The notes: generated from the letters alone by a model not told the origin. Counted from the stretch's first letter, positions 46,801-55,669 are shown. The stretch is DNA of 64,000 bases from an uncultured Planctomycetia bacterium (GCA_964415355.1 CAYPYS010000001.1:1361-65360); one strand, 5' to 3'. A program made the numbers and translations.

Positions 46801-47023
46801 TATCGATATCCGGTTCGTCTTCCTTTATCACAGCCTGGGCATAGGTAACGCCGGACTCTGCAAGATACGAGGCTCGTGTCGCTTCTAAAAAGTTGGAGGC
46901 GGATTTCAACTCAAGCCTCATGGTAAAAGCAAAAGACACGGCCATTATGCCAGCGACCGCAAGTATGCTCACGACCAGTATAAGAGCGATACCTTTATTA
47001 TTACTATTACCCATGTCCCTCAT
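43838..47023 (-). CDS. giant GspK/PilX-like minor pseudopilin (1061 aa) with C-terminal helix-hairpin-helix
   Basis: The N-terminus GIALILVVSILAVAGIMAVSF is a pseudopilin-like TM. The C-terminus ININTASKKVLSALPGIDEGIADDIVANR is an HhH as in GspK/ComEA. Confidence 0.5.
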   Translation of the reverse strand: MRDMGNSNNKGIALILVVSILAVAGIMAVSFAFTMRLELKSASNFLEATRASYLAESGVTYAQAVIKEDEPDIDSFQDAWATLFEGFDVDNDGDGELDSKWIYVYDDLNEPIGRYAVLVRDESGFLNINIADKQNISPLKVTEGWTPHELDLQSFLASFELSDSQKTYEDILDHRLGLDGEPGEMGVDDNDNQRILAADGIDNNADGIIDEAGEGIDEPMEFVPSSPYADDNAFETPFELAKIQSIKESDFTKIYPYITSYSPDKNLDVEGRLRENINFMDAATLLVLLEDAGASDPFQKAVNIIDACDEDFSQSVVSKLYNRLSAVNRGPIGDWVWRGGHYESDVEDSEPLVITWLNLPEGEFYIGVFGVAGEYVGDVAINGVSQGSVRHGEILRIGTVSFEERDMLELTVENKEEDEVCYFSYLELYPRLGQEGFSAVEVRGVEGIRINEIMARPSTSLASFNGQDPGGDWTWQGSYFQNDEPNGGKTGEGDWTWQGVPNGQYYVKVFGMQGQEVGDVEIGGARSRDMLDGELFGGGKTITVSNEKITVRVQNNLNSGSAYFQSIELTQEPDAEYIELVNLTSNEVNLGGWSVEGPSKQGWPASIPLGTVIGPDEHLVLCVDRDDSQDGIQGNDISFVSIWGQEKSAELHFVKAVVPGSDLLSNEPHPDGNIITLKDPMGHIVDAAEYFSGGIPANKSLERSDPSYVVDSNLNGIPEGWYTSDAEDGATPGLPNDNEGMIEEIEVEGQIEKEIIEHDITEVVVKNKNFSSVGEIGFVSSGLKEWDAVPLEDVSKIADRLTVFGIRLEAEDHIVPGSEGAWKMVQRASPLTDHFENGEAAESEEDDEEEEGEGDSVGVWRWEEKDGIRNGYYTLRIFGEEEEEIAVSLHLADDTWTAFTPPLSPGPGGSVLFGNIEIGTDSEVSTPSNELELKIKNVSKTGGAHFDFIRLDPVNTIDGKININTASKKVLSALPGIDEGIADDIVANRIFGDNNGLRLGIGDLISTDALGREDEDKRDRFRQISNLVTVHSDVYRIIVTAQTLDEDRVLSEKKIWVVFER

Positions 47024-47053
47024 TTTACCCTAACTCGTCCAAACTGACAATCC

Positions 47054-47092
47054 CTAACTTTACATTTCAACAACGTTAAAGTGTAAAGTTAG
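47054..47092. repeat. 39-bp repeat, copy 26 (A)
   Basis: It lies upstream of the GspK-like gene, next to the terminator. Confidence 0.9.
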
Positions 47093-47093
47093 C

Positions 47094-47133
47094 GCAAAAA
47101 AATCCCTGCGCCTCCTAAAAGGAAGCGCAGGGT
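47094..47133 (-). terminator. rho-independent terminator after the MscS-like gene
   Basis: On the minus strand CCCTGCGC-N13-GCGCAGGG is followed by TTTTTTT. Confidence 0.6.
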
Positions 47134-47176
47134 CAAAACTTAAAACAAAATCACGTTGTAAAAATATCAATGCCCG

Positions 47177-47851
47177 CTATTTGCCCTTAACCTTATTCAC
47201 TAAATCCTGTATCATTTTCCCAGCAATATCCTTTGAGCCAAGACCGACAGCTATTGCCAGCGCCAGACCAAAAGAGGCAAGGATAATATTGATGGCAAAA
47301 TTCAGGACAGACGACGCGATATTCAGCTGTTCTAATGTTATTATAGATGCGAATATCATGATAAGCGTCTGCGTTAACTGGCCTAAAAACTTTGCCTGCG
47401 TGATCCCTGCGTTACTGGAGGCAGTGCGAACTATGGTGCCGATCATGCTGGAGAAGAATATACCCAGGGCCAGTATAAACACAGCCGCAATTACATTAGG
47501 TATATACAGAATGACCTTGTCGAGCAATGAAGCCGCCACTGTCATCCCAAGGGCATTTAAGGCAGTCATAAACACCATTAACATTATCAGCCAATAAATA
47601 AGTACGCCTATCAACTCAGAAAGAGTCTGCCTTATGCCGCCGCGCCTCAACACATCGCCAAGACCTGCCTTCTCACTCGCAGTGTCCAGCTGGATCAGCT
47701 TCAACACCTTTACCACTAGACTTTTAAGCATCCCCGCTATGATCCATCCTACTATAAGTATTATAAGGACGCCTAGAAGCGTAGGTAAAAATCCAGCTAT
47801 CCTCCCCAGCATCTCTGCTACTGGAGTCATAACCACAGCATTCCAATCCAT
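47177..47851 (-). CDS. MscS-related 'conserved TM helix' repeat membrane protein
   Basis: A four-TM protein with repeated TM-helix modules, resembling the N-terminal module of small mechanosensitive channels. Confidence 0.45.
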   Translation of the reverse strand: MDWNAVVMTPVAEMLGRIAGFLPTLLGVLIILIVGWIIAGMLKSLVVKVLKLIQLDTASEKAGLGDVLRRGGIRQTLSELIGVLIYWLIMLMVFMTALNALGMTVAASLLDKVILYIPNVIAAVFILALGIFFSSMIGTIVRTASSNAGITQAKFLGQLTQTLIMIFASIITLEQLNIASSVLNFAINIILASFGLALAIAVGLGSKDIAGKMIQDLVNKVKGK

Positions 47852-47921
47852 ACGTCACCTCCCTTTCTCTAAAGAGTGAAGTATACCTTATCAACTCCCA
47901 ATCGTCAAGGGTAGCGAGCCT

Positions 47922-47945
47922 ATGTCATTCCCGCGAAAGCGGGAA
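47922..47945. repeat. GC-hairpin repeat ATGTCATTCCCGCGAAAGCGGGAATCCATAA (copy 4 of 4; 31 nt identical to the copy at 22961-22991)
   Basis: Read directly from the sequence. It lies between the MscS-like gene start and the GT9 gene end. Confidence 0.8.
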
Positions 47946-47948
47946 TCC

Positions 47949-47985
47949 ATAAAATGCCTAAGCTTACTTTCAACAATGTTAAATG
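47949..47985. repeat. 39-bp repeat, copy 27 (degenerate, A-like)
   Basis: CTAAGCTTACTTTCAACAATGTTAAATGTAAACTTAG lies next to GC hairpin copy 4. Confidence 0.75.
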
Positions 47986-47990
47986 TAAAC

Positions 47991-49196
47991 TTAGGTGGAG
48001 AGGAAGGATTTGACTTTTTTAAAGATGTCTTCGGGCTTGATATTTTTTAAGCAAATGCCTTCTTTGCACGGCGATTTTCTGTGATTATAGACATTCAGGC
48101 AGGGACTGCAGACCAAATCTGAATCTATAGATATTTTGTCGCTATCTCCTTCTCCGTATAAACGAGACGTCTCTGGTCCGAAAAGTATTATGACTTTTAT
48201 GGGAACCAGGGTCGAAAAATGAGCCGGTCCGCTGTCGCTCGTCACCAATAAATCTGCGACACAGTACAAAGTCAAAAGTTCTCTCAGCGAAGTCTCTCCG
48301 GCGAGAGAAATCGCGTCCCCCATCCTATATGCCAGCATCTTGCCCTTTTCTTTTTCTCCGGCAACGCCTGTAATGATAATGGTCGCGCGGGGAAATTCTT
48401 GCAAAATCATCCTCGCCAGTTTCACATAGTTTTCTTCAGGCCAACGCCTCACCTGCAACAGATCATCCATGTCAGGATTCAAAAGTACTATTGGGCTGGT
48501 CAGGTTTGACTTTTTCACGCCCTCGATTTTTTTTACCAGCGCACTTTTCTCGCTTTCACTGGGGGAAAAAACAGGAAGTCCTTCGGTCACATCCGGGGTC
48601 TTAAAGCACATGGGTTTATTATCAGGCGACGGGCAATGATTAAGGGCCTCTACCAATGTTGCGAACAAGACCCTTGTGTGCAGGTATGGATTATATACAA
48701 GCCTGTGAGTAAAAAGATCTCCTCTATAAGGGCCTTCGCAGGTGAACAAGTGAAACCCGACTCTCTTATCAGCCCCGGAAAGATACGAAAGGATAGCAGA
48801 GCCCCTGGAGAAAAATTCCATATCTATGGCAGCGTCTATTTTTTCTTTCCTGATTCTCGCAAGTGCCTTTATCAAGGACAAAATCATGCCGCCAGGAGAG
48901 CTCGGATCTATCTCTATTATATTTTGCGACGGCAGTATATCGAATATATCCAATATATGGCGGTTTTCTTTAAAGACTAAAAAATAAAGATTATCTTTCC
49001 CCACCATACCAGCTGCCTTTTTTAACGCCTGATAGGCGAGCATCGTGGAACCCTGCTCTATTAATTTTATGAAGAGGATTTTGGAGGGATGGCCTGTGTC
49101 TTCGTTATCTTTTTTAAGATTTCTACACACCGTGAGCAAAAAACAAAACACGCTGCCGACGTTCCTGTCTAACCACCGAATAACTCCCTGATTCAT
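47991..49196 (-). CDS. glycosyltransferase family 9 (heptosyltransferase-like)
   Basis: The GT9 fold is present (ILFIKLIEQGS...GPETSRLYGEGD). The start is moved to MNQGVIRW past the repeat artefact. Confidence 0.65.
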   Translation of the reverse strand: MNQGVIRWLDRNVGSVFCFLLTVCRNLKKDNEDTGHPSKILFIKLIEQGSTMLAYQALKKAAGMVGKDNLYFLVFKENRHILDIFDILPSQNIIEIDPSSPGGMILSLIKALARIRKEKIDAAIDMEFFSRGSAILSYLSGADKRVGFHLFTCEGPYRGDLFTHRLVYNPYLHTRVLFATLVEALNHCPSPDNKPMCFKTPDVTEGLPVFSPSESEKSALVKKIEGVKKSNLTSPIVLLNPDMDDLLQVRRWPEENYVKLARMILQEFPRATIIITGVAGEKEKGKMLAYRMGDAISLAGETSLRELLTLYCVADLLVTSDSGPAHFSTLVPIKVIILFGPETSRLYGEGDSDKISIDSDLVCSPCLNVYNHRKSPCKEGICLKNIKPEDIFKKVKSFLST

Positions 49197-49233
49197 GTCA
49201 CTATTGTAACCTGCGCTAATAGGGATTTCAACC

Positions 49234-49272
49234 TTAACTTTACACTTTAACATTGTTGAAGTGTATACTTAG
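49234..49272. repeat. 39-bp repeat, copy 28 (B variant), first of an inverted tandem pair
   Basis: TTAACTTTACACTTTAACATTGTTGAAGTGTATACTTAG. Confidence 0.85.
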
Positions 49273-49311
49273 GTAACTTTACATTTCAACAATGTTAAAG
49301 TGTAAAGTTAG
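49273..49311. repeat. 39-bp repeat, copy 29 (A), second of the inverted tandem pair
   Basis: GTAACTTTACATTTCAACAATGTTAAAGTGTAAAGTTAG. Confidence 0.9.
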
Positions 49312-49751
49312 TATTGGGGGAGGGTGAGGGTGTGGTTTTGTTCGCCGTCGGTGAGAACCACTTTGTCTTTTTTTATCTCCGCTACAGCATACCCGCCGAT
49401 CTTATCTCCTACCCCCACTAGATTATCGTTTATCATGGCAAGAGGCGCACTGTCATCCCAGAGTATGCCTGTCAAGACCATGTCAGAAAGAGTTGCCGGC
49501 TCAGAGGTCGATGGACCAGAGGAAAATGGGTCACGGCCCCAGTCAGAAAAATCAGTCCTTCTCGGCCGTTTTGTATTAGAGGTAATATTTATTTCTGCAG
49601 TAACTGCTCTTTGCTTTTTAATGTCCGCAGGCTTATTGGAAAGCTCACGTCTTACTTTTGAAGGAGTAAGTATGCCATAAATCAAACTGCAAACAGCTGC
49701 GATCCCTAAAACAATCAATAAGATCAATTTTTTATTCTGCATTTTAGTCAC
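49308..49751 (-). CDS. PilP-like protein (tentative)
   Basis: An N-terminal TM is followed by the C-domain LTGILWDDSAPLAMINDNLVGVGDKIGGYAVAEIKKDKVVL, which is PilP/GspC-like. Confidence 0.45.
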   Translation of the reverse strand: MTKMQNKKLILLIVLGIAAVCSLIYGILTPSKVRRELSNKPADIKKQRAVTAEINITSNTKRPRRTDFSDWGRDPFSSGPSTSEPATLSDMVLTGILWDDSAPLAMINDNLVGVGDKIGGYAVAEIKKDKVVLTDGEQNHTLTLPQY

Positions 49752-50265
49752 CCGAAAGGCACATATTTACCGTCAAGACAGCATTTATCCTTCCTGCCTT
49801 GTCTGTGTCAGAACTTAGATTAAGTTCTTTTACTGTAACCAGGCTTTTTTCCAGCTTTTCCAGTGAGCCTAAAAATATAAAAAATTCTTTATATGTCGAG
49901 TTTAGCTTTATATCTATAGGCAGGATCTTATACTTGGAATCCTTTGAGTCCTTTATTTTCCCAGGAGCAATAGAGATAAAATTAATACCCTTTGATCTGC
50001 CTTGTTTGGTAAATTCATCTATTGCTATAGATATATCTTTTTCGGATATCAGCACCCTCTTCGTTCCGGACTGCCTTAAAGCATCTATTGCCTCGCGCGC
50101 CCGCAATGCCTCTGCCTCGATATTTCTACATTCACCTCTTGCCAGGCTGCATTTATTGATAAGCGGCCTGTACAGAAAAAGGTATAACCCGAGAACAAAA
50201 ATCACCCCCGCGCTTACTATTATCATCGGCCTTTCTCGAATCTTAACCCATAAGACGTGACCCAT
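49744..50265 (-). CDS. PilO-like protein (tentative)
   Basis: An N-terminal TM is followed by a coiled coil. The gene lies downstream of the PilM-N fusion. Confidence 0.45.
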   Translation of the reverse strand: MGHVLWVKIRERPMIIVSAGVIFVLGLYLFLYRPLINKCSLARGECRNIEAEALRAREAIDALRQSGTKRVLISEKDISIAIDEFTKQGRSKGINFISIAPGKIKDSKDSKYKILPIDIKLNSTYKEFFIFLGSLEKLEKSLVTVKELNLSSDTDKAGRINAVLTVNMCLSGD

Positions 50266-50280
50266 AACTTATAATTCCTT

Positions 50281-51873
50281 CTAATCTACCCAACACTCCA
50301 GCTCAAACTCATTACCAACCTTACCCCTGATCTCTTTCGTGCTGATCAATCTTACATCTTTAAATATACCTTTTTCCAGGTCAAGTATAAAGCCTGATAG
50401 TAATCCTTCAGGCTCACTGGAAGCTACTACGCCTCGAATCCTAATGGCCTTATCTTTCACTATAACTCCCGTAAGGTAAATATTATCGGAAATTATGTTG
50501 CTTAATTCTTTAAATACATCTTCCCAGTATGGCTCATTCAGCAGGATCTCTTCCGCCAGATACTTGGCCTCCACTTCGGCCATCTGCGGCCCTAGGCTTA
50601 ACATCTCTGTTTTACTTGCAGCGATTCTTTTTTGAAAAACTGACAGCTGGATTCTCAGCCCTGTATAGACAAGGGCTAGCATAATGACAATGCCTGCGGC
50701 TATGCCCTGCACAGTAGCGCGCTTAAAAGTCCTCTTTGTCTTCTCTTTAATTTCCGGCGGGAGTAGATTTATGCCCTTTGCCTCGCTCAAGGCTGCTCCT
50801 ATAGCTATACCCAGGCGGTGCGTGTCAGCAGATAGCGACGCATCTATCGCACCTGACCTGACCTTGAGGCCCTTTAGGAAATTCTCGGCTTTTACCTCTA
50901 TCCCTAATTCGTCCGAAAGAAAATCCTTTAGGCCTTTAAGAGATGACCCGCCGCCCAGTAAAGCCAATGACTCGATCTTACCGCCATCTGTCTCCTCTCT
51001 GTAATAATCAAGGCACCTGTCTATCTCGCTTACCAGCTGCTCCAGTGGCGGCCTGATCATAGAAAGAATTTGAATAGTAGAGATCTTATCCTCTACCATT
51101 TCAGATTTTCCTTCACCAGGTATGCCGATCTCTCGTTTTATCCTCTCTGCATCCTCCAATGAAAGCTCTGTCTTGCCTCTATCAGAAACCAGGACCCCTG
51201 TCATCTCTTTAGTGATATTATCTCCTGCCACAGGTATCTTGCGGGAAAATATAAGATCCTTTCCTTTAAATATAACCAATTCTGTATGCCGCATTCCTAT
51301 GTCGAGAAAACACCTGGCTTCATTTTCATTAGAATGCAAGGCCTGGACAAATCTCTGCATTGCATACGGAATAGTGATAAACGAGTCTGGTTTTATACCA
51401 ACTCCTGCCAATAAAGATAAATATTTATCAATGGTCTTCTTAGGCGAAGCAGCTACCAGGATCTGATATTTCTTGATCCCTTTATCAACAACATCACCCA
51501 GGATCTGAAAATCTATTAACGAGTCATCCACTGGAAACGGAAAATAATTTTTTGCAGCCAGCCTTATGGCATCGCGAAGCTCTGATTTCGGCATATAAGG
51601 CGCTGTTACCTTTTTTATCGCGGTCCTGGGGCAATCGACAGTAACAATAAAGTGAGAATTTTTAATATCGATCTTTCTGATGATCTTCTTAAGAAGCTCT
51701 TTTATCTCTTTTTCGCGCCTTGCCTCATCATCCGTATAGTCGATCTCTTTCAAATCCGCCTTTACCAGTTTCAGTCCTTCTGGTGTTTTTAGAAACTGGG
51801 CAAATTTTATAGATGATGACCCGATGTCCAGACCCACTATGTAATCTTTTTTCAATATATTCATCATTTTCAT
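50281..51873 (-). CDS. PilM-PilN fusion protein (second copy)
   Basis: VGLDIGSSSIKFA is an actin-like fold. A C-terminal TM IAAGIVIMLALVYTG follows. Confidence 0.65.
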   Translation of the reverse strand: MKMMNILKKDYIVGLDIGSSSIKFAQFLKTPEGLKLVKADLKEIDYTDDEARREKEIKELLKKIIRKIDIKNSHFIVTVDCPRTAIKKVTAPYMPKSELRDAIRLAAKNYFPFPVDDSLIDFQILGDVVDKGIKKYQILVAASPKKTIDKYLSLLAGVGIKPDSFITIPYAMQRFVQALHSNENEARCFLDIGMRHTELVIFKGKDLIFSRKIPVAGDNITKEMTGVLVSDRGKTELSLEDAERIKREIGIPGEGKSEMVEDKISTIQILSMIRPPLEQLVSEIDRCLDYYREETDGGKIESLALLGGGSSLKGLKDFLSDELGIEVKAENFLKGLKVRSGAIDASLSADTHRLGIAIGAALSEAKGINLLPPEIKEKTKRTFKRATVQGIAAGIVIMLALVYTGLRIQLSVFQKRIAASKTEMLSLGPQMAEVEAKYLAEEILLNEPYWEDVFKELSNIISDNIYLTGVIVKDKAIRIRGVVASSEPEGLLSGFILDLEKGIFKDVRLISTKEIRGKVGNEFELECWVD

Positions 51874-51908
51874 ATATTATTCACGAGTCACGAACTATTA
51901 GGTAACTA

Positions 51909-53105
51909 TCAAACCACAGGAACGACTTCGTCCCAATCGCTCTGCGGCGTAACCGTAATAGCTCCTTCGGGTATCCCTTGAGGCAAGGAGCCGGGCAAAG
52001 ATGACTGATCATACGTTACGCTTACATCGTCTTTTATTTTATCTCCGTCATACTCATTAGCTACGACACTACCGCTGATAACCGCGTCACCTCGCAACTT
52101 CGCTGTGTCAGCATAGATGATCCCTGTGAAGGTCGTACTATCTTTCACTATCACGCTCTTGTTATTTTCAGGAGCAAGTACGCTACCTGTCACATTCGCG
52201 CTATCTCTAAGAGTAATGTCTTTTCTGGCATAGAGAACAGCGCCGCTTTGAATAACTGCATTATTTTTAATCTTCATGTTTTTTTTTGTGACAATTGTCA
52301 CGTTAGAAGAAATATTGGCACTGTCCTGTATCGTTACATCATTTTTAGCTACAATAATGCCAGATCCTGTAATTGTAGCATTATCCTTGATCTTTACTTT
52401 CTTATAGTACACGGTGCCGCCATTGAGATCGTAAGTATCGTTATTCTTTAATGTCCAATCACTGGACGCCTGACTTTCTGCGGTGGAGATTTGATTATCA
52501 TACCAGGTCGTGTCAAATGCCGGATAGGTCGGGACAGGATCCGGTGGTCCGGGCGCCTCGGTATACGTGCCGCTACCTGTCACGCTATCTGCATACACAA
52601 GCCCATTAGTAACGCTGGTGTTCTGTTCAACTTCGACATCTCCGTCATAATAGACGTCGCCCGAAATAGCGACATCGTCTTTGATCTTTAATTCGTCAGA
52701 GTTGATATTGCCGAATAATACATAATCAAAGGCAGCAGGAAAAGCTATTGAGACATCTGCGCTCTGCATGACTTTCCGGTTCAATACATCCACTGTCCCT
52801 GTTGAACTAAGATCATAAGTAGAGCCGTTCTTACTCACGCTCACAGAATAACTACCGTCTCCCAAATTCGCATTTATCGCTGTAGGGCTATTTCTATAAC
52901 CAGAGTCGTTTTTAAGCTGATAGATGGCCTGCTGGATCCCTGCCTCGGCTATCCATAATGCCTTTGAGCTGGCTACATCATTTCCCGAACCCTTGAGCTG
53001 AGCAGATGTCATAAATAAAAATCCTGCGGTAATGGCAGAGAGAGTCGCCATGATTATAAAGGTCATTATCAGCGCGGCGCCGCCTTTAGCTGATAAATCA
53101 ATCAT
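51909..53105 (-). CDS. PilX-like minor pseudopilin with C-terminal beta-helix-like repeat domain
   Basis: A TM N-terminus and ALWIAEAGIQQAIYQL match the PilX N-domain. Repeated V/I-x-x-x-x-x-I/V units follow (ITGSGIIVAKNDVTIQDSANISSNVTIV...). Confidence 0.45.
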   Translation of the reverse strand: MIDLSAKGGAALIMTFIIMATLSAITAGFLFMTSAQLKGSGNDVASSKALWIAEAGIQQAIYQLKNDSGYRNSPTAINANLGDGSYSVSVSKNGSTYDLSSTGTVDVLNRKVMQSADVSIAFPAAFDYVLFGNINSDELKIKDDVAISGDVYYDGDVEVEQNTSVTNGLVYADSVTGSGTYTEAPGPPDPVPTYPAFDTTWYDNQISTAESQASSDWTLKNNDTYDLNGGTVYYKKVKIKDNATITGSGIIVAKNDVTIQDSANISSNVTIVTKKNMKIKNNAVIQSGAVLYARKDITLRDSANVTGSVLAPENNKSVIVKDSTTFTGIIYADTAKLRGDAVISGSVVANEYDGDKIKDDVSVTYDQSSLPGSLPQGIPEGAITVTPQSDWDEVVPVV

Positions 53106-53620
53106 ATATTTCTCGGCCTCACTTCTGTCTTTGACCTTATTGTTTCATCGCCCCTTACAACACTTAAATCAATGGTAGCTATATTCCCGCTCAAAGACAA
53201 ATCAGATGTGGTCGGCGCAGCAACATCTGTCACAATAATCTGCCCTGAGCCATAGGTAAAGGTGCTATTGATGTCGCCTGTTAAAGCGGCCTTTCTAAGC
53301 TCATACTTAGTCTGCTCGAATGCCGGCGGAGGCACATAAGAGTCGCTCGCATTATAGAGATAATAGATATAATAATTGCTCCCGTCCTGTGAAAATCTTA
53401 TTTCGTCATAGCCGGCTGTGGACTGGATCTCTTTTGCCTCCCTTAAATCCCGCACCATTTCTTCTATACCTCTATCAAGGACGATATCAATGCCTGAACG
53501 CCCTTCTGTGCTTGACCAACTTAATAATACCGCGCGAAAAACAAAGACGCTCGTAACGGCCAGGACAGAAAACATTATAATGCTTATCAGGAGCTCTATG
53601 AGAGTCAGTCCTTTATGCAT
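53102..53620 (-). CDS. prepilin-type N-terminal cleavage/methylation domain protein (minor pilin)
   Basis: The N-terminus is MHKGLTLIELLISIIMFSVLA. Confidence 0.7.
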   Translation of the reverse strand: MHKGLTLIELLISIIMFSVLAVTSVFVFRAVLLSWSSTEGRSGIDIVLDRGIEEMVRDLREAKEIQSTAGYDEIRFSQDGSNYYIYYLYNASDSYVPPPAFEQTKYELRKAALTGDINSTFTYGSGQIIVTDVAAPTTSDLSLSGNIATIDLSVVRGDETIRSKTEVRPRNI

Positions 53621-53629
53621 ATCAGCTTA

Positions 53630-53977
53630 TCAATAATTCGCCACCAGCGTCGTCAAAGTAACGCTGGGCTGCCTGCCCTTGGCATTCCATGATACGGTCA
53701 CATCCACCTGCATAGGATTATCGCCTTCGGCAATATCTACAGTTGTGTTAAAATTTGAAAAATCTGCATCAGCAGCGGGTCCGCTGTCAGTCAGGCTGGC
53801 AAAATCTGTGTCTTTGATCTCTTCCATCTTTGCCTGGGCTATATTTAAAGCCAGGTCCACATTTTCGACATCAGTAAAGGCAAAAATCCCTGAGCTAAAA
53901 GCGCTGACCAGCGCGATCACGCCTACTGTGAGAATAATAATGGTAATAAGAATCTCGAGCAGGGTAAAGCCATTCAT
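53630..53977 (-). CDS. prepilin-type minor pilin
   Basis: The N-terminus is MNGFTLLEILITIIILTVGVIAL. Confidence 0.7.
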   Translation of the reverse strand: MNGFTLLEILITIIILTVGVIALVSAFSSGIFAFTDVENVDLALNIAQAKMEEIKDTDFASLTDSGPAADADFSNFNTTVDIAEGDNPMQVDVTVSWNAKGRQPSVTLTTLVANY

Positions 53978-53979
53978 AT

Positions 53980-54429
53980 CTACGGCTGCGTATCTGTCCC
54001 CATATTAGAAACATAAATACAGCTCGAGCCATTTGTCTCTACAACTGCATCGCTCGTTATCACGGCGCTGCCGTTGCCTCCGGGCCCTACAGAATAAATA
54101 ATATAGAATTTGCTGTTTGTGCCGCCCATCACGTACGAGTAATCAGCGCCGCTTCCGCTAAACGGATCTGTGGGTACAAAGGTTATAATACTGGGCACAG
54201 CACTGGCTAAAGCAGTCTGAAGCGCTGCAGCACCTGTGGCTGGGTAGGTATTATTATTATGTATATAATAGCTCTCTACGGCTGTCTGTAGTGTTCTTAA
54301 TTCAGCCTTTGCCGCAGCAATATTTCCTTCATCCTGCATGCCTTTAAAACGCGGAAGCGCAATCCCTATCAAAATAGAGATAACAGCTATTACTATTAAA
54401 AGCTCGATCAATGTAAAACCTTTTCTCAT
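53980..54429 (-). CDS. type IV major pilin / GspG-like pseudopilin
   Basis: MRKGFTLIELLIVIAVISILIGIALP is a class III signal. The protein is 149 aa. Confidence 0.8.
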   Translation of the reverse strand: MRKGFTLIELLIVIAVISILIGIALPRFKGMQDEGNIAAAKAELRTLQTAVESYYIHNNNTYPATGAAALQTALASAVPSIITFVPTDPFSGSGADYSYVMGGTNSKFYIIYSVGPGGNGSAVITSDAVVETNGSSCIYVSNMGTDTQP

Positions 54430-54454
54430 CCCCCTCCCCTTTCTTTTTTTATTA

Positions 54455-55669
54455 CTAATGCCTTAGTATCTTTATCATGTCAAACATGGGCAAAAGCATT
54501 GATGCCATAATAAAGCCAACCATGCTCCCCATGATAACTAAGAATAATGGTTCTATTATAGTCGTCAATTTTTTTATTGTATAGCCTAAAGACATATTAT
54601 AAAAATCCGATATCTTATTCAGCATACCGTCTAAATTTCCTGTCTCCTCGCCTACAGAAATCATCTGCACTGTATCTGGAGGGAATTCCTCGCTTACCTT
54701 CAGGCTCTCGGCAATACCTTCTCCTTTTTCGACAGAGGTGCGCGCATTTCCGACAACACGAGCCAGAACTTCATTCCCCATAACCTCCCTTGTTATATCC
54801 AGTGATACGAGTATGGGGACACCGCTTGATACAAGCGTTGCCAGGGTCCTGGCAAATCTTGATACTGCCACTTTGCGAAATAATAAACCCAGCACAGGCA
54901 ACCTCAATCTAAACCTGTCAAAGTTAAACCTGCCGCTGGCTGTCCTTATATAATATCTTACGCCTGTTGCGCCTATTATAGTAAAAAGCGCGAACAAATA
55001 CCAGTATCTTTTTATGCCTGTCCCCACCCTGTAAAGGATAAGTGTAGGCGCTGGCAATGCTATGCCTACCTTCATAAAGATCTCTGCGAACTGCGGTATA
55101 ATAGTCGTAACTATAAAGAGCGTGACTGCTATGCCGGCAAGCAAAAGTATCATCGGATAAAAAAGCGCGCTCTTGATCTTCTGCCTCAGGTCTTCCTGCT
55201 TTTCAGTAAATTCAGCGAACCTGGTTAAAACAGTATCTAGCTTGCCGCTGGCCTCGCCGATTTTTACCATACTTATAAACAATTTGGGAAACACTCGCGG
55301 ATGCTTTGCGAGCGCCTGGGAAAAACTATCGCCTGCTTCGAGATTTCTTTTGACACTACCGACCGTATCTCTCAGATTCTTATTCTCGATCTGCTTGTCC
55401 AATGTGTCCAGACAGAGCAAAATGGGTATGCCGGAATTTATCATATTGGCCAGCTGCACATTGAACATGATCATATCCTCGGCACTTATCCTTTTAAGCT
55501 TTTCGAATGATGACTCCAGTCTGATCCCGGGCACTGCCTCTGTAAACCGGATCACCATATACCCCATTCTGTGGAGTTTTTCTGTTATCTCGTCCTTCGT
55601 GGCCGCATCCATAGTGCCCTTCACTAACTTACCTGCAGCATCCCGGGCCTTATAAATATAAGTAGGCAC
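54455..55669 (-). CDS. pilC: type IV pilus/T2SS platform protein (PilC/GspF)
   Basis: Two GspF domains and 3 TM segments. Position next to the PilB gene supports the call. Confidence 0.85.
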   Translation of the reverse strand: MPTYIYKARDAAGKLVKGTMDAATKDEITEKLHRMGYMVIRFTEAVPGIRLESSFEKLKRISAEDMIMFNVQLANMINSGIPILLCLDTLDKQIENKNLRDTVGSVKRNLEAGDSFSQALAKHPRVFPKLFISMVKIGEASGKLDTVLTRFAEFTEKQEDLRQKIKSALFYPMILLLAGIAVTLFIVTTIIPQFAEIFMKVGIALPAPTLILYRVGTGIKRYWYLFALFTIIGATGVRYYIRTASGRFNFDRFRLRLPVLGLLFRKVAVSRFARTLATLVSSGVPILVSLDITREVMGNEVLARVVGNARTSVEKGEGIAESLKVSEEFPPDTVQMISVGEETGNLDGMLNKISDFYNMSLGYTIKKLTTIIEPLFLVIMGSMVGFIMASMLLPMFDMIKILRH

